In this document: positions 1 to 16,164 of the stretch, in pieces
How positions within the stretch are numbered: the first letter of the stretch is position 1
Layout of the letters: the number at the start of each line of letters is the position of its first letter
Source of the DNA: Flectonema sp. DT1601
Taxonomy: Eukaryota
Assembly (NCBI GenBank): GCA_964019425.1
Contig: OZ025790.1
Location: 806,001 to 870,000, forward strand
Reading direction: 5' to 3'
Length of the DNA: 64,000 nt
Made by a program: the position numbers and the translations under genes
The notes under the pieces: generated by a model
What the model was told of the DNA's origin: nothing
The model's database searches: none
What the model saw: only the letters and a program-made list of their open reading frames with translations

Positions 1-3000
1 AGCGACAGTTGCGGAAGTGCCACGTTGAACATGACATCCCACTGCTGCGTCACCGCATCCTGCTCCAGGGTTACCTTCACCACCGTAGGTGCAAGCGCTT
101 CCGACAAGATCGCGCTCAGAGCGTCAGCCGTGCTGAACGACGGTTCGCGTGCCACGTTCACGACCGTCCCGTCCTCAATCCCGAGCACCTTCACAGGCTT
201 TCCGAGCATCTCCTCGTACTTCGTGTTCCCCGTCTTCAGAAGGGTCACTCGGAACCCGAGAACCGAAGCCTCAATCTCCTCGGTCGTGCACACCCGAATC
301 CCCTCCGTCCCGTCATCCCTTGCCGCCACGGTGATCGATGATCCCAATCCAGCAGCGTTTACCGCCTCCGCCACCCTCGCTGCCACTCCAGCGGTCGTCG
401 TCTCCGCCTGGATCGCCGCGTAGTCCAGCTCAATCAGCGTCACGTACTGCTGGTTGATTTCGATCTCGAACGTCCGGAACGTAAGCGCCTCTTGGAACGC
501 TGCGTTGTCCGCTCCCGCCCAGCCTGGCAGCATCTCACTCTCGTAGCACAGCGACAGCGTCTGGCGATCCTTCGGTGCCTGCGCCGCCGTCATAACCGAA
601 ACCAGCTTCTCCGTGATCGAATCTGCGAAGTCGATCGCATTTCCGAGCGACAAGTCTATCAGAGGCAGCGTCACGTTGAAAACTGGCGAACTCGCGTATT
701 CTTGCAATCCATTGATCACCGTGTTCACGATCTGCACCACGTCAAGCGGCGACAAACCCCGAAAGTTCAGCAGCTGGTCCATGTTGTGGTGCGCAATCGT
801 CAGTCCCCCCGGGGTGAAGATGTCCGGCAAATCCACCGTTACCCGCGGTCTTAGGTCCTCTCCCCCCATTCCCACATTGTTGCTCCCGCTCAGATCCGTC
901 TCCCCGATCGTCGCCTTGAACGGAATCTCAGCCTTCACGTGACCACTCTTCGTGATTACCATCGCATCTCCGCTGATCTGCGTGATGGCAACGTGGTTTC
1001 CCCCGGAAAGCGCTCCCTCGAACCGCATCGCGATGCTACCCGACCCCCCGTCAATCGCAGCGCCGAGCACCCCCACCGTCACAGTCGCCTCCAGCCCACT
1101 GTTCAACGACAGGTCCAGCACAAAGTCATCGAACGCGATCGACACGTCGTTTGCCGACACCGACGACAGCCCACCCGACAGGTCGATGCGCAGCTCGAAT
1201 CGGAACCCAAGCGTCGCCTTCGCCGCAAACGTGTTCACCCCGCTGAACTCGAAAAGCTCTTCGTCGATCAGGTCCTGCAGCTTCGGCGTGATCTCCATGT
1301 CAAGCAGCCCGTTTACGAGAAACGAAAGCTCGAACACGTCCCCGTTCCGCCCTCCCGAAACCAATGCGAACGGCACGTTGTTCTGCGGTTTGAAGATCAG
1401 CTCGACCATCGCCAAAAGCTTCTCCTGGTACATCGTGATCACCTCACGCGCCCCGGGGCACACCGGTGACCCCTCGCTCGCCTTGCACGTTGCCGAGTAT
1501 TTCTCGTCCACCAACTTCGTCAGCTCCGCATCCCAGATCAAGAAATCTCCGAACGTCGTCGAGTTCTCCCCCGTCGCCAACATCCCGTTCAGCGAACGGT
1601 CCAGCAACGGAATGTTCGTGTTCAACGCTTCCAACGAGTTCAGTTTCTCCCCGACACTTGCCACCGCCCCGAGACCCGATATCAGCGCGTCCACGATCTG
1701 CGGAGTCAGGGCCACGTCTACCTGGAATTTAGGTCCCGTTGCATCGAACAAGTTGCGATCCACAATGTCCAGCGTCACCAGAACAGATTCCACTCGGATC
1801 GGCAACGATGCCTCCAAACTTCCCTGCAGGACTAGCGAATCTTTCAGAGGCTGCACGTCGAACGACACCGCTGGCGACGCCGTCTGATCGAACAAAGTTA
1901 CAGGTCCCGCCGCCGTGGCCGTCGAGTTTACTCCGAACCCGAGAAGCAGGTTTCCGCTTTCCAACGTAAGGTCGATCGCCCCGAACGAAAGAGTCTCCAC
2001 GTAGTCCGTCAGGTTCGCCCTCACCGCGAAGAAGAAATCCGTCACACGTGTGTAAGCCAGGGGCGCTGACTTTGTTTCGATCAGCGGCTTCAGGTTCAGC
2101 CCCGCCGTCACCCCGACCCGAAACTCCGCTCCGAACGAGAGAGCCGTCGATAGGTCTCCAAGCGCTCCCAACGTCTCCATCGCCACGCTGTCGAACGCTG
2201 GATTATCCGCAACTCCGTCCAGCAGCTTAGTCAGTGCATCCGCAAGCGCCGTCACCAGCTCCGCAGTGGTCGCTTCCGCCCCGAAATCCAGCAGCAGGTC
2301 TACCACCACACACATGTCCCCCTCGGTGTTCGTCTCGAGACCTCCGTTCACCGACAGCGGCCCAACCGACACCCCGACAGTCAGTCCGCTCCCGAACACG
2401 CGCTTCTTCAGATAGTTCACGAACCCACCGATGCTCGGGTTACGTCCAAACAGGTTCGCCAAGTCATCAACGGTGATCGAAACTGCCGAAGATCCGAACA
2501 GTGCGCTTCCCACCTGCGGAAGGTAGTTTTTCCAGTCGAAGATTTCCCCGGTGCTCGGGTCAAGGTGAAACCCCTCCACCGTCAACACGCTGAACTTGCT
2601 CTCACCGATCAGCACCAACATCGCACTCTGGAAGTCGGTACTCGTCCCAAGGGCCTCCCCGACGCTCAGCAGATCCCCGAGGCTTCCCAGAGTGAACGAC
2701 CCCGCGCTCACAGAAGGTGCCAACGCAACACGAAGCTCCGTCAGGTAATCCACTGGGTTGAATCTCACACTTCCCACCGTCACCGGGAACCCTGAAGCGT
2801 CCACCGATCCAAACAGATTCCTCACCGCGTCCGGAAGTTCCCTCAGCAGCGCCTGCGCCATGCGCTTCGTCATACCGAAGTCCGGGTGCAGCGACAACAG
2901 CTGTCCAACCTCTCCGACGCTCAGCGCACCCGTCGAAACAGATCCCGTCGACAACCCAGTGAAGTACGCTCTGAAATACGTTGGGAAGCTGAACAGACTA

Positions 3001-5318
3001 AAATACTCGTCCGCAGAGGGGTCATGGAGCCCCGAGTTGAATCGTCCGAACACCGCTCCCCACTTCCCCTGAAACACCACCAGAATCTTCGCGTTCGTCG
3101 CGTCCAATTTCGCCCCCACGTCCAGAGACGACAGCGCCCCGGCAACCTCCAGAGACAGACCTCCAGCCAACCCATTCGCCAGCTGACGGAACTTGATTAG
3201 CAATTCCAGGTAGTCCCCCAAGTTCTTCGCGATGTCGAATTTCCCCTTGAAAGACGACAGAAGCCCCTCGATCTGTGACAACCCCGGGATCGATGACAAC
3301 CCCGACACGTCGAGACCCCCAATCCCCTCAATCAGGCTCGTCAGCTTCTCCGGCAGCTCCGAGAACGTGTTCGTCGACAATCCCGTGTGTCCGACCCCTT
3401 CCCCGACACCGTTCGGAAGGCTCGGAATGAAAGCCGACAAGTCCATATCCAGAGAGAATTTCGGAAATCCCCCCGCGAACAGATTCTCGTTGTGGTACTC
3501 GATGATGGGGATCAGGTTCGCGTCCCCGCTGAACAGTCCCACGTCCAGCTCGATTGGCAGGATCACATCCACCGATGCGTAAGGAGTAATCGACAGTTGC
3601 GACAGAAACTCTTTCATCCCATTAACACCTCCGGACCGCAGCTTGAACAGCGAAGCCTCCAAGTACGGAGTCAGCTCACCTTCCGCTACCGCAGCTCCAA
3701 AGTTCGACTTGAACCCAGCACCCAGAGCGAAAGACCCCTCGCTGATCGCAACCGTGAACACGTCTCCCCCGAAAGACAAGCTGAAGTCCACCGGGTCCAC
3801 CACGATCGCTGCCCCTGCGGACAAATCGTTCACCCGAATCACGGAATTCACCGCGATCTTCTCTCCCGACAGCGCCCCGTCGTTCACGAACTTCGTGTTC
3901 ACCGCGAGCGTCACGTCAACGACCACCTGCGCTTCGAACTTCACCTCTGCCGACAGGCTCGGTGCCGCTACATCCCCCTGCGACTGTCCCAGCAGGTCGA
4001 ACAGCGGACCCAGGTCCTTGATGTGCGAAAGCATCCCGTCGATGGTCGCCCCAAAAGATCCCACAGACTCACTAGCTGAAGCCTCCAACCGCATGTTCAG
4101 CCGCACCTCGTTCGACTCCGGGAACCAACCCCCGCTCAGCGTCAACCCGCCCCCTGCGGCATAGTCCAGCGACGCCCCGTTTGTCGGCGTCATCAACCGA
4201 TCCTTGATGTGGGCCATCAGCCCGCGGAACGTGTGCGACCCCGACAGCCCGAAGTACGCCTCCGCCACGGTCTCCAACTTCAGCAGCTCTCCCACTCCGT
4301 TGAACAGCGTAGACGAGTCCAATCCCTCGATGTTCAGCCCGCCGTCCCACCCGAATTTACCAAAATCAATGTTTGCAAGCTGCCCCAGCTGTCCCAAGAT
4401 CGTCTCTTTCAGTGGATCGATGTCCGCATCTACCGAGAAAACCAGCGCCACTCCATCGAAGATGTTCTCATCCGACAAACTCAGAACAGGCGACGGCAGC
4501 TGCCCGACGATCGGCGTCGTTACCCCAACCGTGAACACTCCCTCGAAACCTCCGCTCGGACTTCCCACAGAAATCTCCTGCACCCGCGTCAAGAAGTTTG
4601 TCACGTCGTCCGACGGAAAGTAAATCGGAACTTCCGCATTCGAGATCGTCGCCGTCCCAGCAAGGCTCACCATCCCACTCACTCCGGTCCAAGCCACCTC
4701 CTCTCCAGCATCTACCGACCCACTCAGAGAGATCGTTACCTTCGAAGCACCAATCGAGATCGTCGCCTTCTCCGACGGAGACGTCACCGAGTTCGGAATC
4801 TTCAGCGTCACCGTCGACGAGAAACCACCGGTTCCGGTCAAACTCAGCCCCCCACCCACCTTGAACGCAATCCCCAGCTTCTGCAGGTCAGCTGCCGGAA
4901 GTGATCCAAGACTACCGGAAAGGGTGACCGCTTCTTCCAGAGCCACCGTCATCGAGATCGTCAGCTCATCTGTCACCGTGTCGTGCGTGCACGCCGCTGC
5001 GATCTGGCTTCCAAGGGCCGTATTCACCACGTCGAATGCCGTCTCGTTCACCGTGTTCAGCGTGGTAGTCAGATCCGCTGCGAACTTTGGCAGACCCATC
5101 GAACCTAAATCCTTGTTTGCTCCCGGAATTAAGTTTGAGAATTGGGTCAGTTTGCCTTCGATCGAAGCAGATGCGACCTTCACTGCGTCCAGTGCGTCTA
5201 AGATATGCTGCTGATACGCAGCTGCCACGTCTACACATGGTTCCATTAAACCGTTTGTAGGTGTTGCTGACAACATCGCACTTATCGCCATCATCATTAT
5301 CGACGATCGCGTACTCAT
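1..5318 (-). CDS. Very large secreted/surface protein of unknown function (partial, >1770 aa, runs off window start)
   Basis: ATG at 5318 after an A-run. Reads MSTRSSIMMMAISAMLSATPTNG (signal-peptide-like), then a long Gly/Ser/Leu/Val/Thr-rich frame; no stop seen in the parts translated. Probably absent from the ORF track because the stop lies outside the window. Confidence 0.85.
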   Translation of the reverse strand, partial: MSTRSSIMMMAISAMLSATPTNGLMEPCVDVAAAYQQHILDALDAVKVASASIEGKLTQFSNLIPGANKDLGSMGLPKFAADLTTTLNTVNETAFDVVNTALGSQIAAACTHDTVTDELTISMTVALEEAVTLSGSLGSLPAADLQKLGIAFKVGGGLSLTGTGGFSSTVTLKIPNSVTSPSEKATISIGASKVTISLSGSVDAGEEVAWTGVSGMVSLAGTATISNAEVPIYFPSDDVTNFLTRVQEISVGSPSGGFEGVFTVGVTTPIVGQLPSPVLSLSDENIFDGVALVFSVDADIDPLKETILGQLGQLANIDFGKFGWDGGLNIEGLDSSTLFNGVGELLKLETVAEAYFGLSGSHTFRGLMAHIKDRLMTPTNGASLDYAAGGGLTLSGGWFPESNEVRLNMRLEASASESVGSFGATIDGMLSHIKDLGPLFDLLGQSQGDVAAPSLSAEVKFEAQVVVDVTLAVNTKFVNDGALSGEKIAVNSVIRVNDLSAGAAIVVDPVDFSLSFGGDVFTVAISEGSFALGAGFKSNFGAAVAEGELTPYLEASLFKLRSGGVNGMKEFLSQLSITPYASVDVILPIELDVGLFSGDANLIPIIEYHNENLFAGGFPKFSLDMDLSAFIPSLPNGVGEGVGHTGLSTNTFSELPEKLTSLIEGIGGLDVSGLSSIPGLSQIEGLLSSFKGKFDIAKNLGDYLELLIKFRQLANGLAGGLSLEVAGALSSLDVGAKLDATNAKILVVFQGKWGAVFGRFNSGLHDPSADEYFSLFSFPTYFRAYFTGLSTGSVSTGALSVGEVGQLLSLHPDFGMTKRMAQALLRELPDAVRNLFGSVDASGFPVTVGSVRFNPVDYLTELRVALAPSVSAGSFTLGSLGDLLSVGEALGTSTDFQSAMLVLIGESKFSVLTVEGFHLDPSTGEIFDWKNYLPQVGSALFGSSAVSITVDDLANLFGRNPSIGGFVNYLKKRVFGSGLTVGVSVGPLSVNGGLETNTEGDMCVVVDLLLDFGAEATTAELVTALADALTKLLDGVADNPAFDSVAMETLGALGDLSTALSFGAEFRVGVTAGLNLKPLIETKSAPLAYTRVTDFFFAVRANLTDYVETLSFGAIDLTLESGNLLLGFGVNSTATAAGPVTLFDQTASPAVSFDVQPLKDSLVLQGSLEASLPIRVESVLVTLDIVDRNLFDATGPKFQVDVALTPQIVDALISGLGAVASVGEKLNSLEALNTNIPLLDRSLNGMLATGENSTTFGDFLIWDAELTKLVDEKYSATCKASEGSPVCPGAREVITMYQEKLLAMVELIFKPQNNVPFALVSGGRNGDVFELSFLVNGLLDMEITPKLQDLIDEELFEFSGVNTFAAKATLGFRFELRIDLSGGLSSVSANDVSIAFDDFVLDLSLNSGLEATVTVGVLGAAIDGGSGSIAMRFEGALSGGNHVAITQISGDAMVITKSGHVKAEIPFKATIGETDLSGSNNVGMGGEDLRPRVTVDLPDIFTPGGLTIAHHNMDQLLNFRGLSPLDVVQIVNTVINGLQEYASSPVFNVTLPLIDLSLGNAIDFADSITEKLVSVMTAAQAPKDRQTLSLCYESEMLPGWAGADNAAFQEALTFRTFEIEINQQYVTLIELDYAAIQAETTTAGVAARVAEAVNAAGLGSSITVAARDDGTEGIRVCTTEEIEASVLGFRVTLLKTGNTKYEEMLGKPVKVLGIEDGTVVNVAREPSFSTADALSAILSEALAPTVVKVTLEQDAVTQQWDVMFNVALPQLS

Positions 5319-5438
5319 TTTTTTAGCAGCTGAGAGTTGTTTCTAGCTGCTCTTATTCTTTGATTACCCTTTTCTTTTATTTGATGGGTAACTTGTATAA
5401 CTGAACGAGAGAATGAGAATAAGTAATATAAAAAAAAA

Positions 5439-5522
5439 CAATACAATACACTACACTACACTACACTACACTACACAGCACAACGCAACACAACACAACA
5501 CAACACAACAAAACAAAACACA
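5439..5522. repeat. Compound pentanucleotide microsatellite (CTACA)n(CAACA)n; duplicated at ~12209-12292
   Basis: Directly visible repeat units. Confidence 0.85.
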
Positions 5523-6063
5523 AAAAGGAACGATGTCGTAGATCAAGTCTTCCCCTATTTACCAACAGAATAGAGTCACGCAATTAGATTAATTCACATT
5601 AGAGTGTTGTGGTAGCCTGCATTAACATAAATAAAATACACAAATACGTCTGTGCGAACATTACAACACTCCCATCTCCCAACAACAGGAAACAAGAAGA
5701 AGATACACAACAAGGAAAACGAGGCACAGCTCAACACACGGAAAACGTCGAAACACTGAATGCAACACGATCCAGCATTTCGAGAAAAAAAAGTTTAATT
5801 CAGTTTGTGTGTCATATAAACAACATGACACAGCGGAGAGGAAGAAACTGCTGCGTTCTGATTGTCTGGTCGAAAGCTACCAAGCAATTCAGCACAGCAT
5901 ACGAAGCTTACACAGTTAACAACTGGATTGCTACCAGACATATTCGTTGTCGGGAGAGCGTTTAAAATGGAACAAATAGTGTTTTTTTTTCTCTTTACTG
6001 TTAATTTTTAAATTTTTCTTTTTTTTTTTTTTTTTTTTTTTCAGAGAAAAGCAATACTTTTTA

Positions 6064-9196
<3,133 letters not shown>

Positions 9197-10175
9197 TTAA
9201 AGTAGAAATAACTGAATCGGGGAGAGAGAGAGAGAGAGAGGAAAGAAATAATAAATATTAATAAAATAAAATAAAACAAAATACAACTTTATATCGATCC
9301 AGGAGGGACAAGTCAAGCGGAAGCTCCAGTGAAAGTCTGTAAACTCGCTCTCTAAAACTCGACAACCCCAATGTCGGTGGCAGTCTTCATTTTTTAGAAC
9401 ATCCTGAGAAATAACTGAAATAACAAGTAAAGGAAACAATAAATATCATATTAACACGTTAAGTCCCCTCTTCTTCTGAGATTCAAAACAACAATAAGTT
9501 AGTAGTGAAATAGTTAATATCGAGACGGAGTAGAAATTTAATTTCGACGACGGAGTGGAACAGAAGATTAAAAACAAGTCGGAAGCCTCAGTGAATGACA
9601 AGGTAGTTGAATACAACATTTATTAATACAAATCAAACCGTCGGATGGAATGCTGCAATCAGTAAACAGTCACAGTCACTCCCCTCGGGGATCAAACAAA
9701 TAGTCGAATCAATTCACAGGAATACATCTATGCTCGGACTTTAGCTTACACGCATGTGAATTAATTCACAACAGTTATTCACAAGACTATACTGCTTCTG
9801 TCAGTAGCGGTAGTTTAGAGCACAGCGTCTCGCAGTGTTCGCCCGGGAGCAATGCGGGCTACTAATTGCTTTGGTGCTGTTAGCTACTTATTTGTACCGA
9901 ATTTTGAAATTGGATGAAAAAGCGAAGGGGAAAAGGGGAGGAGGGAGGAACAAGTCGAAGGAGGGAGACAAGTGATCAAGAGAAATATAGAGAGATATAG
10001 AGATATAACTCTGCCTGCTTGAAGAATCAGAAATTAAGACCTTTACCTATTTTCTGCTTTTAATTTATTCTTTTTTTCTTTTTTGTGTGGAAGTCTCCCC
10101 CCAGCGGTCTTTTCGGAAAGTGCGAACGAGACGATGGGCAAACAAAATAAAAAGGGAGAGAGAGAGAGAGATTGA

Positions 10176-12061
10176 ATCATCTCCGTAGAACGAAATGGCA
10201 TGTAGAACCTTGCCTTTTCCGTATGCTACGCCAGCGTGTACGTATCTTCCGGAGTCTTCGAGTACCTTCGGTCCTCTGATCCTTCTAATCGGAGCGTTGT
10301 GTTTCGCGAGGACCGCTACTCCACCCGTGGTCTTGTAAGACCGTTCGTCGATTCTTCTCCTTTCGGAGGGTTTGCTGAAGACCGCCGACCAGCCCTCTCG
10401 TTCGAGTTGTTTGAGCATCTTCTTCTGTTCTGTTTCAGAAAGAAGTGTCTCTTGCACTAGGATGATGTCGGCGTCCAGCGCTATCACCGCTGCGACGTTT
10501 TTCATCATCGTCGTGGTATTCACCGTTGCCACCGAGAATTCCGAAGGGAGTCTCATTGTTGCGTTGTCGTCCCCAATCCGTCCTGTGTCGGTCCAGCCGC
10601 TTCCTCTTCTTTCTGTGTTGTGGAGGTTCCGAGTCATTGCGATTTCTCCAGAACTGCCGCCAGCAGTAGTTCCAACCTCTCCATTCTCGCTTCCAGTGAG
10701 GATCCCGCCGTCGGTTTCTGTTGTTGCGTTGGTTTCGGTGGCGGTTGTGTTTGTGCTTGAGGTGGTTTCGGTGGTGTGTTCGGTGTATCCGATCTTCCAG
10801 CGTCCCTCCAGAGCTTCGATCCCTTCTTCTTCCCATGGAACTTCAGGAAGTCGGTCTTGCAGTATCGCTTCCCGTTGTTCTCCGTCGGTTCTTTTCGCGT
10901 TTCGGGTGGTGTTGCTACAACGCGTTTCACACCATTTTGTTGGGTCACCTTCGTTGTTGGCTTCTGTCCCACTTTCTCAACAAGGCAGAGCTTCCCTCCC
11001 ACCGAGACGGTGTCGGTCTCCCTCTCCGGGCCCCTCACAATCATCCAGCGGGTACCGTCTCTCAGGTCTTCCTGACGTCCCATCCCTCCTCAGCTATCAG
11101 CTGTTTGACTGCCTCATCGGCAGTCATCCCCAGCGGTATGCCGCTAACCTTCGCTTCTGGCATTTTCGCTGGGATGCCCAGCTTCCTCCTGGAGGTGTTC
11201 TCTCCGGATCTCCTCACCCTCATTCCCAGGCCGTCTTTGTTCTGCACCAGTCCGATGCAGTTCGGGTCCTCCTCGGCTTTCACCAGAGCATCGTCCAGTT
11301 TTTCTTCGCCCGGGAGCCAGATGATAGCTCTGTTTTCGTTCCTGGATTTCTCCATCACGAAAACCCCGGCTTTTCCGGATGTCCGAAGGAAGGCCTCCAC
11401 TTCTTCCTCTCTAACCCTTACTACGGCCGAAGCTTCTTCTGGGTTTATCCTGGGTAAATACCCGTCCACGAAACCCTTCATTTCCCTCAGGCAGGTTGTA
11501 ACCCTCTTCGGGTTTCGCTGGAATCGTTTCCAGTCCTCCGCCGAGCATCTCTTCTTGGTCGCCCTCACGACCAAGGGGGAGCGACGCCTCCCGATCCAGC
11601 AATGCCCTTCATCTGGGCCTCCTTTCCTAGATAGGTGTCCGGGTTCACGCAGTGTCCCTTGCACAGTAGTGATAATCCTATCGTGTTCGATAGTTTACTC
11701 CCTTTTACCTTCCTATTGAAGATCGCTGCTGCCATCGTACTTTTCAGCTGACCAGTCGTTTCTGATCTGGTTGGTACAGCTCTATGCCGAACAGGGCGCT
11801 CGTCATGACAGCTGCGGTCGCGATCATTGCTCTCTTGTAATACTTCAGGGGTAGCAGTTTGATCCTTCTCGCTCTCTCGAGGAGTTCCTTCGTGATCCTT
11901 CCCTGACCCGTACGGCGGGTGTTCCCGTTCATCTCGATGTGACTTCCTACGATGTCGACGTGTTTCGAGAATTCGAGGGTCACTCCGTTCATCTCTATTT
12001 TGTGTCCGTTCTCTTCCCGGTTGGAGAACCAGTTGCATTTGTGAGGTGCCAGCTGTTGTCC
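10176..12061 (-). mobile_element. Rearranged LINE fragments: post-RT segment, ORF1, then N-terminal APE endonuclease
   Basis: 12061-~11605 resembles the end of RT and downstream region (GQQLAPHKCNWFS...AVMTSALFGIE...KGHCVNP, one frameshift). ~11605-10634 is ORF1-like, frameshifted near 11070. 10637-~10176 is EEP/APE (VATVNT, DIILVQET, TGGVAVL), truncated. Confidence 0.8.
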
Positions 12062-12088
12062 CATCATTATCGACGATCGCGTACTCAT
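12062..12088 (-). pseudogene. Nine-codon stub (MSTRSSIMM) of the giant gene fused in frame to LINE sequence
   Basis: Identical to 5292-5318, then switches to GQQLAPHKC at 12061. Confidence 0.85.
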
Positions 12089-12830
12089 TTTTTTAGCAGC
12101 TGAGAGTTGTTTCTAGCTGCTCTTATTCTTTGATTACCCTTTTCTTTTATTTGATGGGTAACTTGTATAACTGAACGAGAGAATGAGAATAAGTAATATA
12201 AAAAAAAACAATACAATACACTACACTACACTACACTACACTACACAGCACAACGCAACACAACACAACACAACACAACAAAACAAAACACAAAAAGGAA
12301 CGATGTCGTAGATCAAGTCTTCCCCTATTTACCAACAGAATAGAGTCACGCAATTAGATTAATTCACATTAGAGTGTTGTGGTAGCCTGCATTAACATAA
12401 ATAAAATACACAAATACGTCTGTGCGAACATTACAACACTCCCATCTCCCAACAACAGGAAACAAGAAGAAGATACACAACAAGGAAAACGAGGCACAGC
12501 TCAACACACGGAAAACGTCGAAACACTGAATGCAACACGATCCAGCATTTCGAGAAAAAAAAGTTTAATTCAGTTTGTGTGTCATATAAACAACATGACA
12601 CAGCGGAGAGGAAGAAACTGCTGCGTTCTGATTGTCTGGTCGAAAGCTACCAAGCAATTCAGCACAGCATACGAAGCTTACACAGTTAACAACTGGATTG
12701 CTACCAGACATATTCGTTGTCGGGAGAGCGTTTAAAATGGAACAAATAGTGTTTTTTTTTCTCTTTACTGTTAATTTTTAAATTTTTCTTTTTTTTTTTT
12801 TTTTTTTTTTTCAGAGAAAAGCAATACTTT

Positions 12831-14177
<1,347 letters not shown>

Positions 14178-14241
14178 TTAAAGTAGAAATAACTGAATCG
14201 GGGAGAGAGAGAGAGAGGAAAGAAATAATAAATATTAATAA

Positions 14242-15969
14242 CCCTTTAATAAGAGGCCAAAAACCCTGTTTTTGAGAAAAATCGAAAAATTTGACAAAGG
14301 GGAAAAGGGGTGTGGGGAAAAATACAAAAAAATTACAGGGTGAAAGACACCCCCCCGCGCATTGAAAAAAAACTGAGGTCAGCCCGCAAGGGGGCCAAAA
14401 TAACTTGAGAAAATGCAACAACAGCCTAAAAAAACACTGTTGCTTAGGACCCCTGGGTTCGCTTTGATTTTAGCAATGTTGTAGGAGTAGAGTGCTTCCG
14501 TTTCATGTTTTTCGGTGGGATATGATTGTGTGTAGCAAAGGTATGGTTGTTGCAAACAGGGGCTGAATACTTGTCAATATTTTCGTGATATTGTTCGAAG
14601 CAGGGATCCATGCATAAGAAAACCTCGCTTTTTGAACAAGAAGTCGATGACCTTACTTTTTTTGAGAACAAATCCGTGAACTGCAGTCCCCAAAAATATC
14701 AAATTTTCGTAGGTAGTGACATTTTGTGTGAGTTTGGTGTGTTCCATGACCAATAAGTTGAGAACATGGCCTTTTTTTGAACTGAGCATATGTCCCGACG
14801 TCTTTTTCAGACTTCTTTTGGAGGGTGAAAACATTGAAGATAGAAATCTCTAACAAGTAGTGAAAGACTTTCAGGGTCCAGCGTTTTGTCATCAGAGTTC
14901 TTCTTGCCTTCCCCCTGATACCGTCTACGAGGTCAACACCACCCATTAGTTTGTTGTACTGATGGATCTGTACCGGTAAGTCGATGGTCACTTTTTGATG
15001 GATTTCCTTATTTTAGTCCATCACGTGGCTGTCTCATAATTCTCCTCGAGAGGCAATGTGCTGAAGACATGTACTTCTTTTGGATTGCCCCTGAATATAT
15101 GTGATGCACATTGTGCATTATGTGATGCACATTGTGCTAGGACTGAAAGTACGAGGCAGAGAACTTCTCCACCCGTCCCTGCGCCTCCGCCTTATTGATC
15201 TCGGACCATTTGGGAACTATTGTTTCCCAAAAGCTGTGGATTTTGTAGAGCTTGTCAGCAGGTACGGGGTTGGTGACGGTGTAAAACTTTAGATTGGTTC
15301 GAATTTAGAGGAACCGATCTCAGGAAGCGAAGTGGGGTGTGTACGCCGGGTCTGATGTACCGTTCCTGTAATCTGAGATATTTGGTTTATTACAGAGACC
15401 CACGAGGATATTGAGAGTTTGAGTTCAGCTACGTTAAGATTGAGTGCCTAGTTGTTGCTGCAGTGCGAAATCATCTCATCACCTTTGGGGTGAACACAAG
15501 TTAAAATTTCTGCAGTTCCTTCATCAATTTCAGGTCTGACATGTTCTGCAAGGACCGCCGAAACGTGTGTCGTTTTACCTTGGTGATTTTCTTGCTCCAT
15601 TTCAGAGGGGAAATGCTTGGCTCTATTGTACTCTCTTCATCGCTCGAAGAAGACTCAGGAGCACCCAAATCTGGGATAGGTGACCCTACTGAATCATTTT
15701 CGATGGAAATAGTTTTAGGGATTTTAATTTTTGGCTGAAAACATGGGATAGTCATGGGCAACCTGGCTAAGACTGTTCCCAGTGCAGAAAAAAAAAAATG
15801 AACTTTTTCTCAGAAAAAGCTGGTGATTTTTGCAGCACGATCCCACATAAAATTTGTCGTTTTTGGGCAGCTCTGGCTCCACCCTTGTACTCACAAGGTA
15901 CATTTTTCCCCTTTGTCAAAAAAAAAAAAACGCGAAAGGCCCCTATAGTGGCCTTCAGGGCTTAAAGGG
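14242..15969 (-). mobile_element. Degenerate, internally deleted piggyBac-family DNA transposon
   Basis: Ends ccctttaa...ttaaaggg; subterminal 17-bp IR at 14290-14306/15904-15920. ATAA duplicated at 14238-14241 and 15970-15973, empty site near 9261. Transposase remnants YNKLMGGVDLVD, KRWTLKVFHYLL and VFLCMDPCFEQYH lie in different frames. Confidence 0.93.
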
Positions 15970-16164
15970 ATAAAATAAAATAAAACAAAATACAACATTA
16001 TATCGATCCAGGAGGGACAAGTCAAGCAGAAGCTCCAGTGAAAGTCTGTAAACTCGCTCTCTAAAACTCGACACAAGGGGACAACCCCAATGTCGGTGGC
16101 AGTCTTCATTTTTTAGAACATCCTGAGAAATACCTGAAATAACAAGTAATGGAAACATTAAATA

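Noticed and set aside
9..5214. Many plus-strand ORFs
   Set aside because: Antisense shadows of the GC-rich minus-strand giant gene.
5609..5965. 118-aa plus-strand ORF repeated at 12379 and 63430
   Set aside because: Antisense to the duplicated cathepsin 3' flank; recurrence reflects DNA duplication, and it has a GTG start and no motifs.
9803..9863. GC-rich multi-hairpin segment
   Set aside because: Stems overlap and match no RNA family I recognise.
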